From the NCBI GenBank assembly GCA_018645365.1, contig JABGOP010000003.1:3967-67966 (forward strand): a DNA stretch of 64,000 nt. Direction: 5' to 3'. The notes under the pieces are model-generated. The model was not told where the DNA came from, searched no databases, and saw only the letters and a program-made list of their open reading frames with translations. The translations under genes were made by a program, and so were the position numbers. Below, piece by piece: positions 9,539 to 18,822 of the stretch (position 1 is the stretch's first letter; the number at the start of each line of letters is the position of its first letter). This DNA comes from Candidatus Cloacimonadota bacterium. GTDB taxonomy: Bacteria; Cloacimonadota; Cloacimonadia; Cloacimonadales; TCS61.

Positions 9539-9940
9539 ATGATTCAACAAACATTACTTTTAATTAAGCCAAATGCAACAAAAAAAAACAATATCGGTGC
9601 GATATTGAAGATGGTAGAAAGAAATAATTTTGTCATCGAAAAACTGAAAATGATGAAGATGGATGAGCCCCTCGCTGAAAAATTTTATGCTGAACATTTT
9701 GGAAGAGATTTTTATCCATTTTTATTGGAATTTATGCTTTCGGGAAAAATAGTTGCCGTTTTATTATCACGCGAAAATGCTATCCCAAAATTGCGCGAAT
9801 TAGTCGGTAACACTGATTTTGAAAAAGCAAACTTAGGAACTATTCGTTCACTTTATGCAGATTCTTATCGTGAAAATTCGGTACACGCATCCGATTCACC
9901 AGAAAGTGCAAAAAGAGAAATCTCACTCATTTTCTCTTAA
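9539..9940 (+). CDS. ndk: Nucleoside diphosphate kinase
   Basis: QQTLLLIKPNA and the active-site region NSVHASDS. 133 aa. GGAGGA Shine-Dalgarno. Confidence 0.95.
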   Translation: MIQQTLLLIKPNATKKNNIGAILKMVERNNFVIEKLKMMKMDEPLAEKFYAEHFGRDFYPFLLEFMLSGKIVAVLLSRENAIPKLRELVGNTDFEKANLGTIRSLYADSYRENSVHASDSPESAKREISLIFS

Positions 9941-9946
9941 TTTTTT

Positions 9947-10144
9947 ATGATCAAAATAAATGATACAAAAATTGAGTGGCAAGAGAATTTATCTGTCACT
10001 AATTTATTGATAAATAATAATTTCATTGTTAAATTAAGCGTCGTAAAAATTGACGGCAATTTTATTCTAAAAAAAGAATTTAATACAACTATCGTGGCTG
10101 ACAACGCAGATGTAAAAGTAATTCATCTCGTTGCCGGTGGGTAG
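9947..10144 (+). CDS. ThiS/MoaD-like small beta-grasp protein ending in Gly-Gly
   Basis: 65 aa with C-terminus ...VIHLVAGG, the same length and terminal GG as ThiS sulfur carriers. There is no obvious Shine-Dalgarno, so the call is tentative. Confidence 0.5.
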   Translation: MIKINDTKIEWQENLSVTNLLINNNFIVKLSVVKIDGNFILKKEFNTTIVADNADVKVIHLVAGG

Positions 10145-10160
10145 AATTTGAGGAGTTTTT

Positions 10161-11594
10161 ATGATAAAATATTTTGCGGTTTTAGGGTACGCACTTTTAG
10201 TAATCATCATTGGAGTCTTGGGTTCTAAAAAGACAAAATCACTCAATGATTTTATGCTCGGTGGTGGTAAAATTGGACCTTGGATGAGTGCTTTTTCCTA
10301 CGGGACTGCCTACTTTTCTGCGGTTCTTTTCATTGGTTTTGCTGGCAAAATAGGTTGGGCTTTTGGACTTTCTGGATTGTGGATAGCACTGTTTAATACG
10401 CTCATTGGTGTTTTGGGCGTTTGGCTAATTATGGGAAATAAAATCAAACAAGAAACCGCAAAATTTAGCGTTCAAACAATGCCAGAATTTTTGGAAGCTC
10501 GTTTCAACAGCCCTTTTTTAAAACTATTCACATCAATCGCGATTTTCATTTTTTTCATACCATACACAGCTGCCGTTTTTATGGGTCTCAGCTATTTATT
10601 TGAAACTATTTTCGCAATGCCATACACCTACATTTTATTATTTATGGGTATTTTCACAGGCATTTACCTTGTTCTCGGCGGTTATAAATCCATGGCAATG
10701 ATCGATGTAATCTTTGGAATTGTGATGGTTATTGGCGTTTCAATTTTATTGGCATTTGGATTGAAAGAAGGTGGCGGAATTTCAAATATTATCACAAACT
10801 TAAAAGAGATCAGCCCAAAACTTGTCGCTCCAGTTGGACCTCCTGGAATTATTCCACTTTTATCATTAATTTTCCTCACAAGCGTAGCCCCTTTTGCAAT
10901 GCCCCAATTGGTACAAAAATTTTATTCAATTAAAGATAAGAAATCTGTGAAAATTGGTGCAATCGCATCAACTATTTTTGCTTTATTAATAACCAGTATT
11001 GCCTATTTTACGGGTGCACTTACAAGAGTTTTCATTGTTCCAGAAAATAATCCTGCTAAATTTATCTTAAAATCAGGAAAATTAAATTTTGATGCTTTTA
11101 TGCCAGAAATATTAGCCACCATAATTCCAGAAACACTCACCGTAATTATCTTACTTCTTATCTTGGCTGCTTCAATGTCCACCCTGGCAGCCTTGGTTCT
11201 AATTTCAAGTTCCAGCATCACCAAAGACCTCTACAAAGGGTTTGTTAACAAAAATGCCTCGGATAAAAAACTCACAAAAATGATTCGTTTTAGCAGCATT
11301 TTCTTCATTTTACTTTCAATGGTTCTAGCTTATCAAAAACCAGCGGTAATCGTCACGATACTTTCAATTTCCTGGGGTGCAATTGCGGCAGTTTTTTTGG
11401 GACCATTTATTTGGGGTTTATTCTCACGCAAAGTCAATAAGTTCGGTGCCATCGTTGGGTCGGTCGGCGGTCTCTTTGTTTGCCTTATTTTATTTTTGGT
11501 TTGGGGAGCCAAAATGGTACCTCAAGCTGGCAGTATTGGAATGATTGCCTCTCTAATTTTAGTGCCTATTTTCAGTAAATTTAAGGAAGAATAA
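10161..11594 (+). CDS. Sodium:solute symporter family (SSF) transporter
   Basis: 477 aa and hydrophobic throughout (about 13 helices). The N-terminal region FMLGGGKIGPWMSAFSYGTAYFSA is typical of SSF/PanF/PutP-type carriers. GAGGAG Shine-Dalgarno. Substrate unknown. Confidence 0.85.
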   Translation: MIKYFAVLGYALLVIIIGVLGSKKTKSLNDFMLGGGKIGPWMSAFSYGTAYFSAVLFIGFAGKIGWAFGLSGLWIALFNTLIGVLGVWLIMGNKIKQETAKFSVQTMPEFLEARFNSPFLKLFTSIAIFIFFIPYTAAVFMGLSYLFETIFAMPYTYILLFMGIFTGIYLVLGGYKSMAMIDVIFGIVMVIGVSILLAFGLKEGGGISNIITNLKEISPKLVAPVGPPGIIPLLSLIFLTSVAPFAMPQLVQKFYSIKDKKSVKIGAIASTIFALLITSIAYFTGALTRVFIVPENNPAKFILKSGKLNFDAFMPEILATIIPETLTVIILLLILAASMSTLAALVLISSSSITKDLYKGFVNKNASDKKLTKMIRFSSIFFILLSMVLAYQKPAVIVTILSISWGAIAAVFLGPFIWGLFSRKVNKFGAIVGSVGGLFVCLILFLVWGAKMVPQAGSIGMIASLILVPIFSKFKEE

Positions 11595-12697
11595 TGCTGA
11601 ACTACGATAAAAAAGAAATTACTTTTTGCTCTGACAATTTAGAATTAATCATCGCAGACGATAAACTTTCTGCCCACATGATTATCAAAAATTCTGAAAA
11701 TGTTCTTGATGAAAACGAAATCTTGAAACTCATCGCGGACGCTGGTATAAAGTATGGTTTTGAAAATGCCACCAATTTCAATCATAAAAATTCATCGAAA
11801 AAAAGTTTTGACAAACCATTTTTAATCGCCAAAAGCAATTTGCCTGAAATTAAAATAAATCTTTTGCATCTCTTCGACACTGATAACTGCATTTCTGAAA
11901 ATTTTCAATTCTCTGAAATTGAAAATTTGGAAAATGCCAGAAAAAATCAAAATTTAGCCAAAGTGAAAATCACTAAAATCAACGAAACTGATGTTTTCGG
12001 AAATCAAATAGGCTTTTCTCAAATTTTAGAAAAACATTTAGGTAAAAATGTTTATTTCTCGGAGAGTGATGAAATGATAAAAGCTAATGAAAATGGTTAC
12101 CCATTCATCGATGAAAACAATAAAATTTGCTTAAAACATAACTTTATCATCAAGAAAAATGTAGCCGATTTGCACCTCAAACTTTTGGGTGACTTCCAAT
12201 TTGAAAATAAAATCAAAAACTCCTATTTTTTCGTGGATGGCAATGTCAAGTTAGACTCAATTGTCAATTCACGCCTCGTTGCAAAAGGCGATATTTTTAT
12301 CGACAAAAAGACTGTTAAATCTGTGTTGCAAGCAGATAATCAAATTATCGGAAGTGATGATTCATTTGCAGATGGTGGCATTTTACAAAGCGGAAAATCT
12401 ATCTCAATTTCAACAATTGGCAAATCGAAAAAATCATTTACCGAGGTAGAAATATGCGTTGCACCAGCATTAAAAGAAGAACTGAAAAACATTATAAACT
12501 CAGAAAAAAATGAGGAGTTGCAAAATCAGCTCTCAAATTTGCTCAATGAAAGCACAGATTCAAAAAATAAAATAATCATCAAAAACAAAATTTACAAAAA
12601 TTCTTTTTTCCGCATCAATAAATATGCAAAAATGGTTGACAAAAACACGGCAGATCCCGTTTTTTCTATCGAAAATAATGCACTTAAAATAAATTAA
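11594..12697 (+). CDS. FapA/DUF342-like protein (tentative)
   Basis: The N-terminus (LELIIADDKLSAHMII...ILKLIADAGIKYG) resembles the FapA N-domain. The middle has repetitive 'G-x-hydrophobic' beta-helix-like segments (VAKGDIFID..., ILQSGKSISISTIG). A short coiled coil sits near the C-terminus. The start overlaps the symporter stop by 1 nt. Confidence 0.45.
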   Translation: MLNYDKKEITFCSDNLELIIADDKLSAHMIIKNSENVLDENEILKLIADAGIKYGFENATNFNHKNSSKKSFDKPFLIAKSNLPEIKINLLHLFDTDNCISENFQFSEIENLENARKNQNLAKVKITKINETDVFGNQIGFSQILEKHLGKNVYFSESDEMIKANENGYPFIDENNKICLKHNFIIKKNVADLHLKLLGDFQFENKIKNSYFFVDGNVKLDSIVNSRLVAKGDIFIDKKTVKSVLQADNQIIGSDDSFADGGILQSGKSISISTIGKSKKSFTEVEICVAPALKEELKNIINSEKNEELQNQLSNLLNESTDSKNKIIIKNKIYKNSFFRINKYAKMVDKNTADPVFSIENNALKIN

Positions 12698-12719
12698 ACT
12701 AGGATAAATTAGAGGTAAT

Positions 12720-13514
12720 ATGTATTATGAAAAGCTATTAGAATCAGTGATTAAATCTGAACAAAATCCAATTAACAAGATGTATCTGCACGAAATTAAA
12801 ATGAAGTGGCTGAAATTCACAAAAATCCCCAAAAATGAAAATAATGATGAAATTATTCAATTTTTAAATGATTTTCTCAAAACATTGAAGCAACGAAAAT
12901 TTAATTTCGAAAAAAAATCTGGAAAAGGATTCAAAAAAAGTTCAGCGGTTTTTTCAGTTGATTATCTTAAAGATTTGCTTTCAATTTTCATAAATCGTAG
13001 TAAAATTTTGGATAATAACTCGGCAAAATGGGGCATACAATCGTTTAGCACAAATTTAAAATTTAACCCGACTGATTTGACTTCAATGAAAAACAATCCT
13101 TCTTTTGAAACATCAAATTCGCCCAATTTAATGCAATTGGTCCAACAAGTTGATGTCCAATTTCGCACTACCGGAAAACGCAATTTTTCCAAATATAACT
13201 TGAATTTACCACTCATTGTTTTCCACATTTTCAAATCTATTTCGGAAGATGAATTCATCAAATGCAATTATATCGCTAATTTGGCGAAATCTACTTTTGC
13301 AAAATCAAAAAATATCATCGTGGTTGAACATCTCGATTTTGTACCAAATATCCCAAAATCATCCATTGATGCAATGTTTATTTTGAAGAAAGACTTTCCG
13401 AAAAGTGACGAAATTTCAATTGATGTTGTGAACGCACTCGAAAAAAATATTTTGAAGTGCCTCACAAAAGATGAGAAAAGTTTAGATTATCAAAAAACTG
13501 GCATTTTAATTTAG
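12720..13514 (+). CDS. Hypothetical protein, no recognisable family
   Basis: 264-aa ORF with an AGAGGT Shine-Dalgarno and no TM helices or signal peptide. Only coding potential is supported. Confidence 0.5.
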   Translation: MYYEKLLESVIKSEQNPINKMYLHEIKMKWLKFTKIPKNENNDEIIQFLNDFLKTLKQRKFNFEKKSGKGFKKSSAVFSVDYLKDLLSIFINRSKILDNNSAKWGIQSFSTNLKFNPTDLTSMKNNPSFETSNSPNLMQLVQQVDVQFRTTGKRNFSKYNLNLPLIVFHIFKSISEDEFIKCNYIANLAKSTFAKSKNIIVVEHLDFVPNIPKSSIDAMFILKKDFPKSDEISIDVVNALEKNILKCLTKDEKSLDYQKTGILI

Positions 13515-13522
13515 AGGAATAT

Positions 13523-15553
13523 ATGGAAAAATTTAATATTTCAGATGCAATGAACATCAAACTAGATGCCATTTTACCGGAATATCCAAACTTTGAAAAA
13601 GAGATTAGAAGAGCACCGCGACGCGAAATGAATTTGAATAAAAATGAAATTAAACTCGCTCTCAAAAATGCTCTTCGCTACATTCCAAATGAGCTACACG
13701 AAAAAGTTGCACCAGAATTTTTGGATGAATTGCTAACTCATGGACATATCTATGGTTATCGATTTCGACCAAACGAAAAAATTTACGGACGACCCATTGA
13801 GCAATATAAAGGAAAATGTCTTGAAGGAAAAGCATTCCAGGTAATGATTGATAATAACCTCAGTCAAAAAATTGCTTTGTATCCTTACGAATTAGTTACC
13901 TATGGCGAAACTGGAGCTGTTTGCCAAAATTGGATGCAGTATCTTTTAATCAAAAAATATCTGGAAAATTTAACCCACGAAAATACGCTTGTCGTAATGA
14001 GTGGACATCCACTCGGTCTCTTCAAATCTTCACCAAATGCACCACGCGTCATCAACACAAACGGCTTAATGATTGGTCAATTTGATAACCAAGAAGATTT
14101 CAATCGAGCAAACGCTCTCGGTGTGGCAAATTACGGACAAATGACAGCTGGAGGCTGGATGTATATTGGGCCACAAGGTATTGTTCACGGCACTTACAAT
14201 ACCATTCTCATTGCTGGCAGAATGAAACTTGGCGTTTCAGAAGATGGTGATTTAAAGGGTAAAATGTTCGTTTCATCTGGGTTAGGTGGAATGAGTGGAG
14301 CTCAACCAAAAGCAGTAGAAATTGCCAACGGCGTGGGCATTTTTGCAGAAGTAGATTTATCTAGAATTGAAACTCGTCACAATCAAGGTTGGGTGATGGA
14401 AAAAACAGATTCTCCTAAAACAGCCTTTTCGCTCGCACAAAAATACCTCGAAAAAAAAGAAAAAATGTCGATTGCATATCATGGAAATATCATAGATTTA
14501 TTAGAATATGCCGTAAACAATAACATTCACATCGATTTACTCTCCGACCAAACTTCTTGCCACGCTGCTTATGAAGGTGGGTATTGTCCACAAAGTTTAA
14601 CTTTTGAAGAACGCACCGAAATGCTTGGAAATGACAGAAAAAAATTCAGTCAATTAGTCGATGAATCTTTGCAAAAACATTTTGAATTGATTAAAATTCT
14701 TTCAAGTCGTGGCACCTATTTCTTCGATTATGGCAACAGTTTTATGAAAGCAATTTACGACGCTGGGGTTACAGAAATTGCCAAAAATGGCGAAAACACT
14801 TTTGATGGCTTCATTTTTCCAAGTTATGTAGAAGACATTTTGGGACCAGAGCTTTTTGATTTTGGATACGGTCCATTCAGGTGGGTATGTCTTTCTGGCA
14901 AAGAAAAAGATCTCATAAAAACTGATAATGAAGCGGCGAATATCATTAAAAACTTGCGTGATGAACCGCGTTATCAAGATTTGGATAACTACAAATGGGT
15001 ACGCGATGCAATGAAAAATAGACTTGTCGTTGGAACGCAAGCTCGTATATTATATCAAGATACACCAGGCAGATTAGCGATTGCCCTAAAATTCAATAAA
15101 ATGGTACGAAATGGAGTAGTTGGACCAATTATGTTGGGCCGCGACCATCATGATACTGGCGGAACGGATTCACCATATCGTGAAACATCGAACATAAAAG
15201 ACGGCTCAAACATTATGGCAGAAATGAGTACTGAGTGTTACGCTGGCAATGCTGCTCGCGGAATGAGTATGGTTACTTTACACAATGGTGGTGGCGTTGG
15301 AATTGGAAAAGTTTCTAATAGTGGATTTGGAATGCTTCTCGACGGTTCTGAACGGGTTGATTTTATTCTGGAACGCGCTTTCCCGTGGGATGTCATGTGT
15401 GGTGTAGCTCGCAGAGCGTGGGCAAGAAACGAAAATTCCATCGAAACTTGCATCGAGTTTAATGAAGCAAACTCAAAAACAGACCACATCACATTGCCAT
15501 TTATTCCAAAAGCAAATTATATCGAAAATTTAGTCGATAAAAAGCTAAAATAA
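13523..15553 (+). CDS. hutU: Urocanate hydratase (long form)
   Basis: Collinear with urocanase, including GGWMYIGPQGIVHGTY and GRDHHDTGGTDSPYRET. At 676 aa it is the long type seen in Bacteroidota and animals. Confidence 0.95.
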   Translation: MEKFNISDAMNIKLDAILPEYPNFEKEIRRAPRREMNLNKNEIKLALKNALRYIPNELHEKVAPEFLDELLTHGHIYGYRFRPNEKIYGRPIEQYKGKCLEGKAFQVMIDNNLSQKIALYPYELVTYGETGAVCQNWMQYLLIKKYLENLTHENTLVVMSGHPLGLFKSSPNAPRVINTNGLMIGQFDNQEDFNRANALGVANYGQMTAGGWMYIGPQGIVHGTYNTILIAGRMKLGVSEDGDLKGKMFVSSGLGGMSGAQPKAVEIANGVGIFAEVDLSRIETRHNQGWVMEKTDSPKTAFSLAQKYLEKKEKMSIAYHGNIIDLLEYAVNNNIHIDLLSDQTSCHAAYEGGYCPQSLTFEERTEMLGNDRKKFSQLVDESLQKHFELIKILSSRGTYFFDYGNSFMKAIYDAGVTEIAKNGENTFDGFIFPSYVEDILGPELFDFGYGPFRWVCLSGKEKDLIKTDNEAANIIKNLRDEPRYQDLDNYKWVRDAMKNRLVVGTQARILYQDTPGRLAIALKFNKMVRNGVVGPIMLGRDHHDTGGTDSPYRETSNIKDGSNIMAEMSTECYAGNAARGMSMVTLHNGGGVGIGKVSNSGFGMLLDGSERVDFILERAFPWDVMCGVARRAWARNENSIETCIEFNEANSKTDHITLPFIPKANYIENLVDKKLK

Positions 15554-15555
15554 TC

Positions 15556-17478
15556 ATGAAGAAATATTTTTTATTCAGCATCTCTTTTTTGTTGTTCAAT
15601 TGTGCATATTATAACACTTTTTTTAATGCAAAAAAAGATTTTGAAGTAGCCCAAAAATTGGAACTTGCCGAGAATGGCAGACCGAAAACAATGGCGATTC
15701 AAAAATACACAAGTTCCATCAAAAAATGTAGTTATCTGCTGACGGAATACCCAGAGAGTAAGTATGTTGATGATGCACTATTTATGCTCGCAAAAGCAAT
15801 TTATTACAGTGGTTCGAACTATTCACAAACCATTGTGAAAATCAACGACTTGCTTAAATATTATCCTGAAAGTGAATTTATACCAGAAGCAAAATTATAC
15901 CTCGCAAAAGCAAAATATAAGACAAAAAACAAAGATGTAGCTTATCGAATTTTGCAAGATTTTTTATTGGTTGATGATTATAAAAAAATACACCCCGAAG
16001 CACTCAAAATTCTAGCAACGCTTCATTTGAAAGAGAAAAATTTCATTGAAGCTGAATACTACCTTAAAAAAATAATCGATGAATACCCAAAATCTGAAGA
16101 ATTTGAAAATGCTTTTTTCCTAAGAGGAAAAACACAATCTGACGCCGAAAATTACCAAAAAGCAAACGAAATTTTTACGGACTTATTGAGCTCAAATGTA
16201 ACACGAGGCATCAAATTTGATGCAAGATATTGCATCGCTCAAAACCATCTTTTGCTCAAAAATTACCAAAAAGCAAACGAGATTGCCACTCAACTTTTAA
16301 CAGATGAGTATCGTGAAAATACGATCTCAAAAACCAGATTGATTAAGGCACGTGCTTTGACAAAATTAGGAAACACAGACGAAGCAATCACTATTTTCGA
16401 AGCAATTTCAAACGATAACAAACGCACAAAAATTGCAGCAGAAGCTTCATTTTATTTGGCAGAATTATATTTCGAAATCATCAAAGATTATGAAAAAGCA
16501 ATTGAAAAATATAATCAAGTTAATAAAGAATTTCGACAATCAGAATTTGTGGAAACTGCATTAACACGCAGTTCTGTCGCCAGTCAAATTTTGCAATATC
16601 ACGGTTCTGGACAAAAAATAGACACAAAAGCACTCGTTATGCAAAACTTCAAATTAGCGGAATATTACATAGATATCTTGGAACAACCAGATTCGGCGAT
16701 TGTCGTTTATGATAAAGTTATCAATCATCAAACAAAGCTATTGCAAACAGTTGATTCACTTGATTTTACGATTTCCAACTTGAATTTAAAAATTGATTCG
16801 CTCACCGTTCAAAAAGAAATTTCAGATTCACTCGCAATTATTGATTCTACTTTCATTCCGCAAATTGATAATCAGCAAATTCAGGATTTAAAATTGCAAC
16901 TTCGCGACACAAAACAAACTTTACATTCAACCACCGAAATCGCACTGAAATACTCTGATGAGTTTGTTCCTTACGCAAAATTTGTCAAACTTTGGATTTA
17001 CCATACAATTAAAAATGATAGTCTTAAAGTCGATTCTATTTTCACTGATTTGAACGAAAATTTTGGCGAAAACAAATATACATTTGGTGCAAATCTGCTT
17101 TTGAAAAATGAGAAAGTTCTTATCATCACACCAAAAGAATTGACAGAAACAATCGCTTTTGACGAAGCATTTCGCATTTTGAAAAACGAAAATTCGGCAA
17201 TTAATGCAATGAAATTAATTGCTCAAAATGACGAACATCTTTTTGTAGAAAAAGCAAAATTTCTTTTGGGTGAAAACTACTATTTTTCATTAACCGACAG
17301 CGTCTCAGCAAAATTTTATTTTGATGATATTTTGCACAATTCACAAAATACCGAAATGAAACGAGCTATCAAAAAATATTACAATGGTGAAAATTTCATC
17401 ATTAAAACAAGATTACCTTTGTTAGAAAAATGGGAAGCTGAAGAAGAAAAAGAAGAAAAACCAACAATCAATGAATAA
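15556..17478 (+). CDS. TPR-repeat lipoprotein (BamD/YbgF-like repeats)
   Basis: Lipobox LLFNC after a signal peptide. Repeated 'YPxSxxxxxAxxxLAKA' units (YPESKYVDDALFMLAKA, YPESEFIPEAKLYLAKA, YPKSEEFENAFFLRGK). Confidence 0.7.
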   Translation: MKKYFLFSISFLLFNCAYYNTFFNAKKDFEVAQKLELAENGRPKTMAIQKYTSSIKKCSYLLTEYPESKYVDDALFMLAKAIYYSGSNYSQTIVKINDLLKYYPESEFIPEAKLYLAKAKYKTKNKDVAYRILQDFLLVDDYKKIHPEALKILATLHLKEKNFIEAEYYLKKIIDEYPKSEEFENAFFLRGKTQSDAENYQKANEIFTDLLSSNVTRGIKFDARYCIAQNHLLLKNYQKANEIATQLLTDEYRENTISKTRLIKARALTKLGNTDEAITIFEAISNDNKRTKIAAEASFYLAELYFEIIKDYEKAIEKYNQVNKEFRQSEFVETALTRSSVASQILQYHGSGQKIDTKALVMQNFKLAEYYIDILEQPDSAIVVYDKVINHQTKLLQTVDSLDFTISNLNLKIDSLTVQKEISDSLAIIDSTFIPQIDNQQIQDLKLQLRDTKQTLHSTTEIALKYSDEFVPYAKFVKLWIYHTIKNDSLKVDSIFTDLNENFGENKYTFGANLLLKNEKVLIITPKELTETIAFDEAFRILKNENSAINAMKLIAQNDEHLFVEKAKFLLGENYYFSLTDSVSAKFYFDDILHNSQNTEMKRAIKKYYNGENFIIKTRLPLLEKWEAEEEKEEKPTINE

Positions 17479-18100
17479 TTCGATATTTTACCAGCAAAAC
17501 TCACTACTTAAATTTTTTTTAGCAATTTTGGGTGCTTTCATCGCTATTTTTTTAACCATAAAATTATTGCTTTTTCTGTTTATTGTCACTTTTTTTTATC
17601 TCTATCAAGACACTAAAATAATCATAAAATGGCTTCAAACTTCGCTAAAAATCGTGCCATTATTCATCTCTATCTTTATTTTTGGCATAATTTTTAAAAT
17701 TGATTTTTTTACCCAACTAACACTTTCGCTACGAATTTTATTCATTTTATTTTTGTCTGTTTATCTCACATCTTCTACTTCAATAGATTTTTTTTTACAA
17801 GACACCGCATTCGTTTCACACTCTGTTTTATTGAATAAATTTCGATTTTTTGGAGTGGCAACCATCAATTTTTTACCGATTTTTTGGAATGAATATAAAA
17901 ATATCGAAAAAACAAATATCTTGGCGACAATTTCAAATTCTATTTCGAATAGTTTTAACAAAGTAAATTTAGTCGAAAAAGAGACGATTCAAAAAATGAA
18001 CTCGTATGCAAAAACAAAATTTCGAATAATTCCAAATCTATATTTAACTTTGTTAATCATAATTTACACTACCACATTTTGGGTTAATTTCAAAATATGA
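17471..18100 (+). CDS. Multi-pass membrane protein, weakly EcfT/CbiQ-like
   Basis: 209 aa with 4-5 hydrophobic helices. The segment GVATINFLPIFWNEYKNIEK resembles the EcfT 'RFIPxLxxExxxI' coupling region. It overlaps its neighbours by 8 nt and 4 nt. Confidence 0.4.
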   Translation: MNNSIFYQQNSLLKFFLAILGAFIAIFLTIKLLLFLFIVTFFYLYQDTKIIIKWLQTSLKIVPLFISIFIFGIIFKIDFFTQLTLSLRILFILFLSVYLTSSTSIDFFLQDTAFVSHSVLLNKFRFFGVATINFLPIFWNEYKNIEKTNILATISNSISNSFNKVNLVEKETIQKMNSYAKTKFRIIPNLYLTLLIIIYTTTFWVNFKI

Positions 18101-18822
18101 GATATTGTTTGCAAGTTGCGTACGATGGTACAAATTTTTCGGGATGGCAAATCCAAAAAGTCGGCAGAACCGTTCAAGAAGAGATTGAAAAAGCAATCAG
18201 CCAAATCGCTAAAACACCAATAAAAATTGTCGGTTCTGGCAGAACAGATGCCGGTGTACACGCGATGCGACAATATGCTCATTTCGATTTCCCGATTAAA
18301 ATGACGGTAGAACAGATAAAGTTTGCAATTCAAACAAAGCTTCCGCGTGATGTAAAAACATTAAAAGTGATTCTCAAAAATGACGATTTTCATGCTCGTT
18401 TCGATGCAACTTTGCGAACTTATAAATATTTTATCACCAAAAATCGTAATCCCTTCAATCGATATTATAGCAGTTATTTTCCAAAAATGAACATCAATAA
18501 AACCAAAATTAATAGTTGTTTACCTTATTTCTTGGGTGAGCATGATTTTTCGTCTTTTGCCAAATTTAATCCAGATGTAAAAAATTATGTCTGTAAAATT
18601 GAGGCATTTACCTTTGAGGAATTTGACGATAATTTTGTTTTCACCATTTCGGCAAATCGTTTTTTACACAATATGGTAAGACGAATTGTCGGAACTGTTA
18701 TCAACATCACAAATTCAACAGAAAAAGTTTCCATTATAGAAGAATTTTTTAAAATAAAAAACCACAAATTGGTTACAACCGCATCGACACAAGGTTTATA
18801 TCTATTTGACGTAAAATATTAA
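18097..18822 (+). CDS. truA: tRNA pseudouridine(38-40) synthase
   Basis: VAYDGTNFSGWQIQ and the catalytic GSGRTDAGVHA motif. 241 aa. Confidence 0.95.
   Translation: MRYCLQVAYDGTNFSGWQIQKVGRTVQEEIEKAISQIAKTPIKIVGSGRTDAGVHAMRQYAHFDFPIKMTVEQIKFAIQTKLPRDVKTLKVILKNDDFHARFDATLRTYKYFITKNRNPFNRYYSSYFPKMNINKTKINSCLPYFLGEHDFSSFAKFNPDVKNYVCKIEAFTFEEFDDNFVFTISANRFLHNMVRRIVGTVINITNSTEKVSIIEEFFKIKNHKLVTTASTQGLYLFDVKY

Noticed and set aside
12720-13514. Idea that the orphan 264-aa protein is an orphan type II restriction endonuclease
   Set aside because: I could not identify a PD-(D/E)xK or other nuclease motif with confidence, and no methyltransferase partner is adjacent.
16151-16285. About 22-nt direct repeat (aaaattaccaaaaagcaaacga) about 110 nt apart
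   Set aside because: It lies inside the TPR lipoprotein gene and encodes the same NYQKANEI segment of two adjacent TPR units. It is repeat-unit homology, not a regulatory or mobile repeat.
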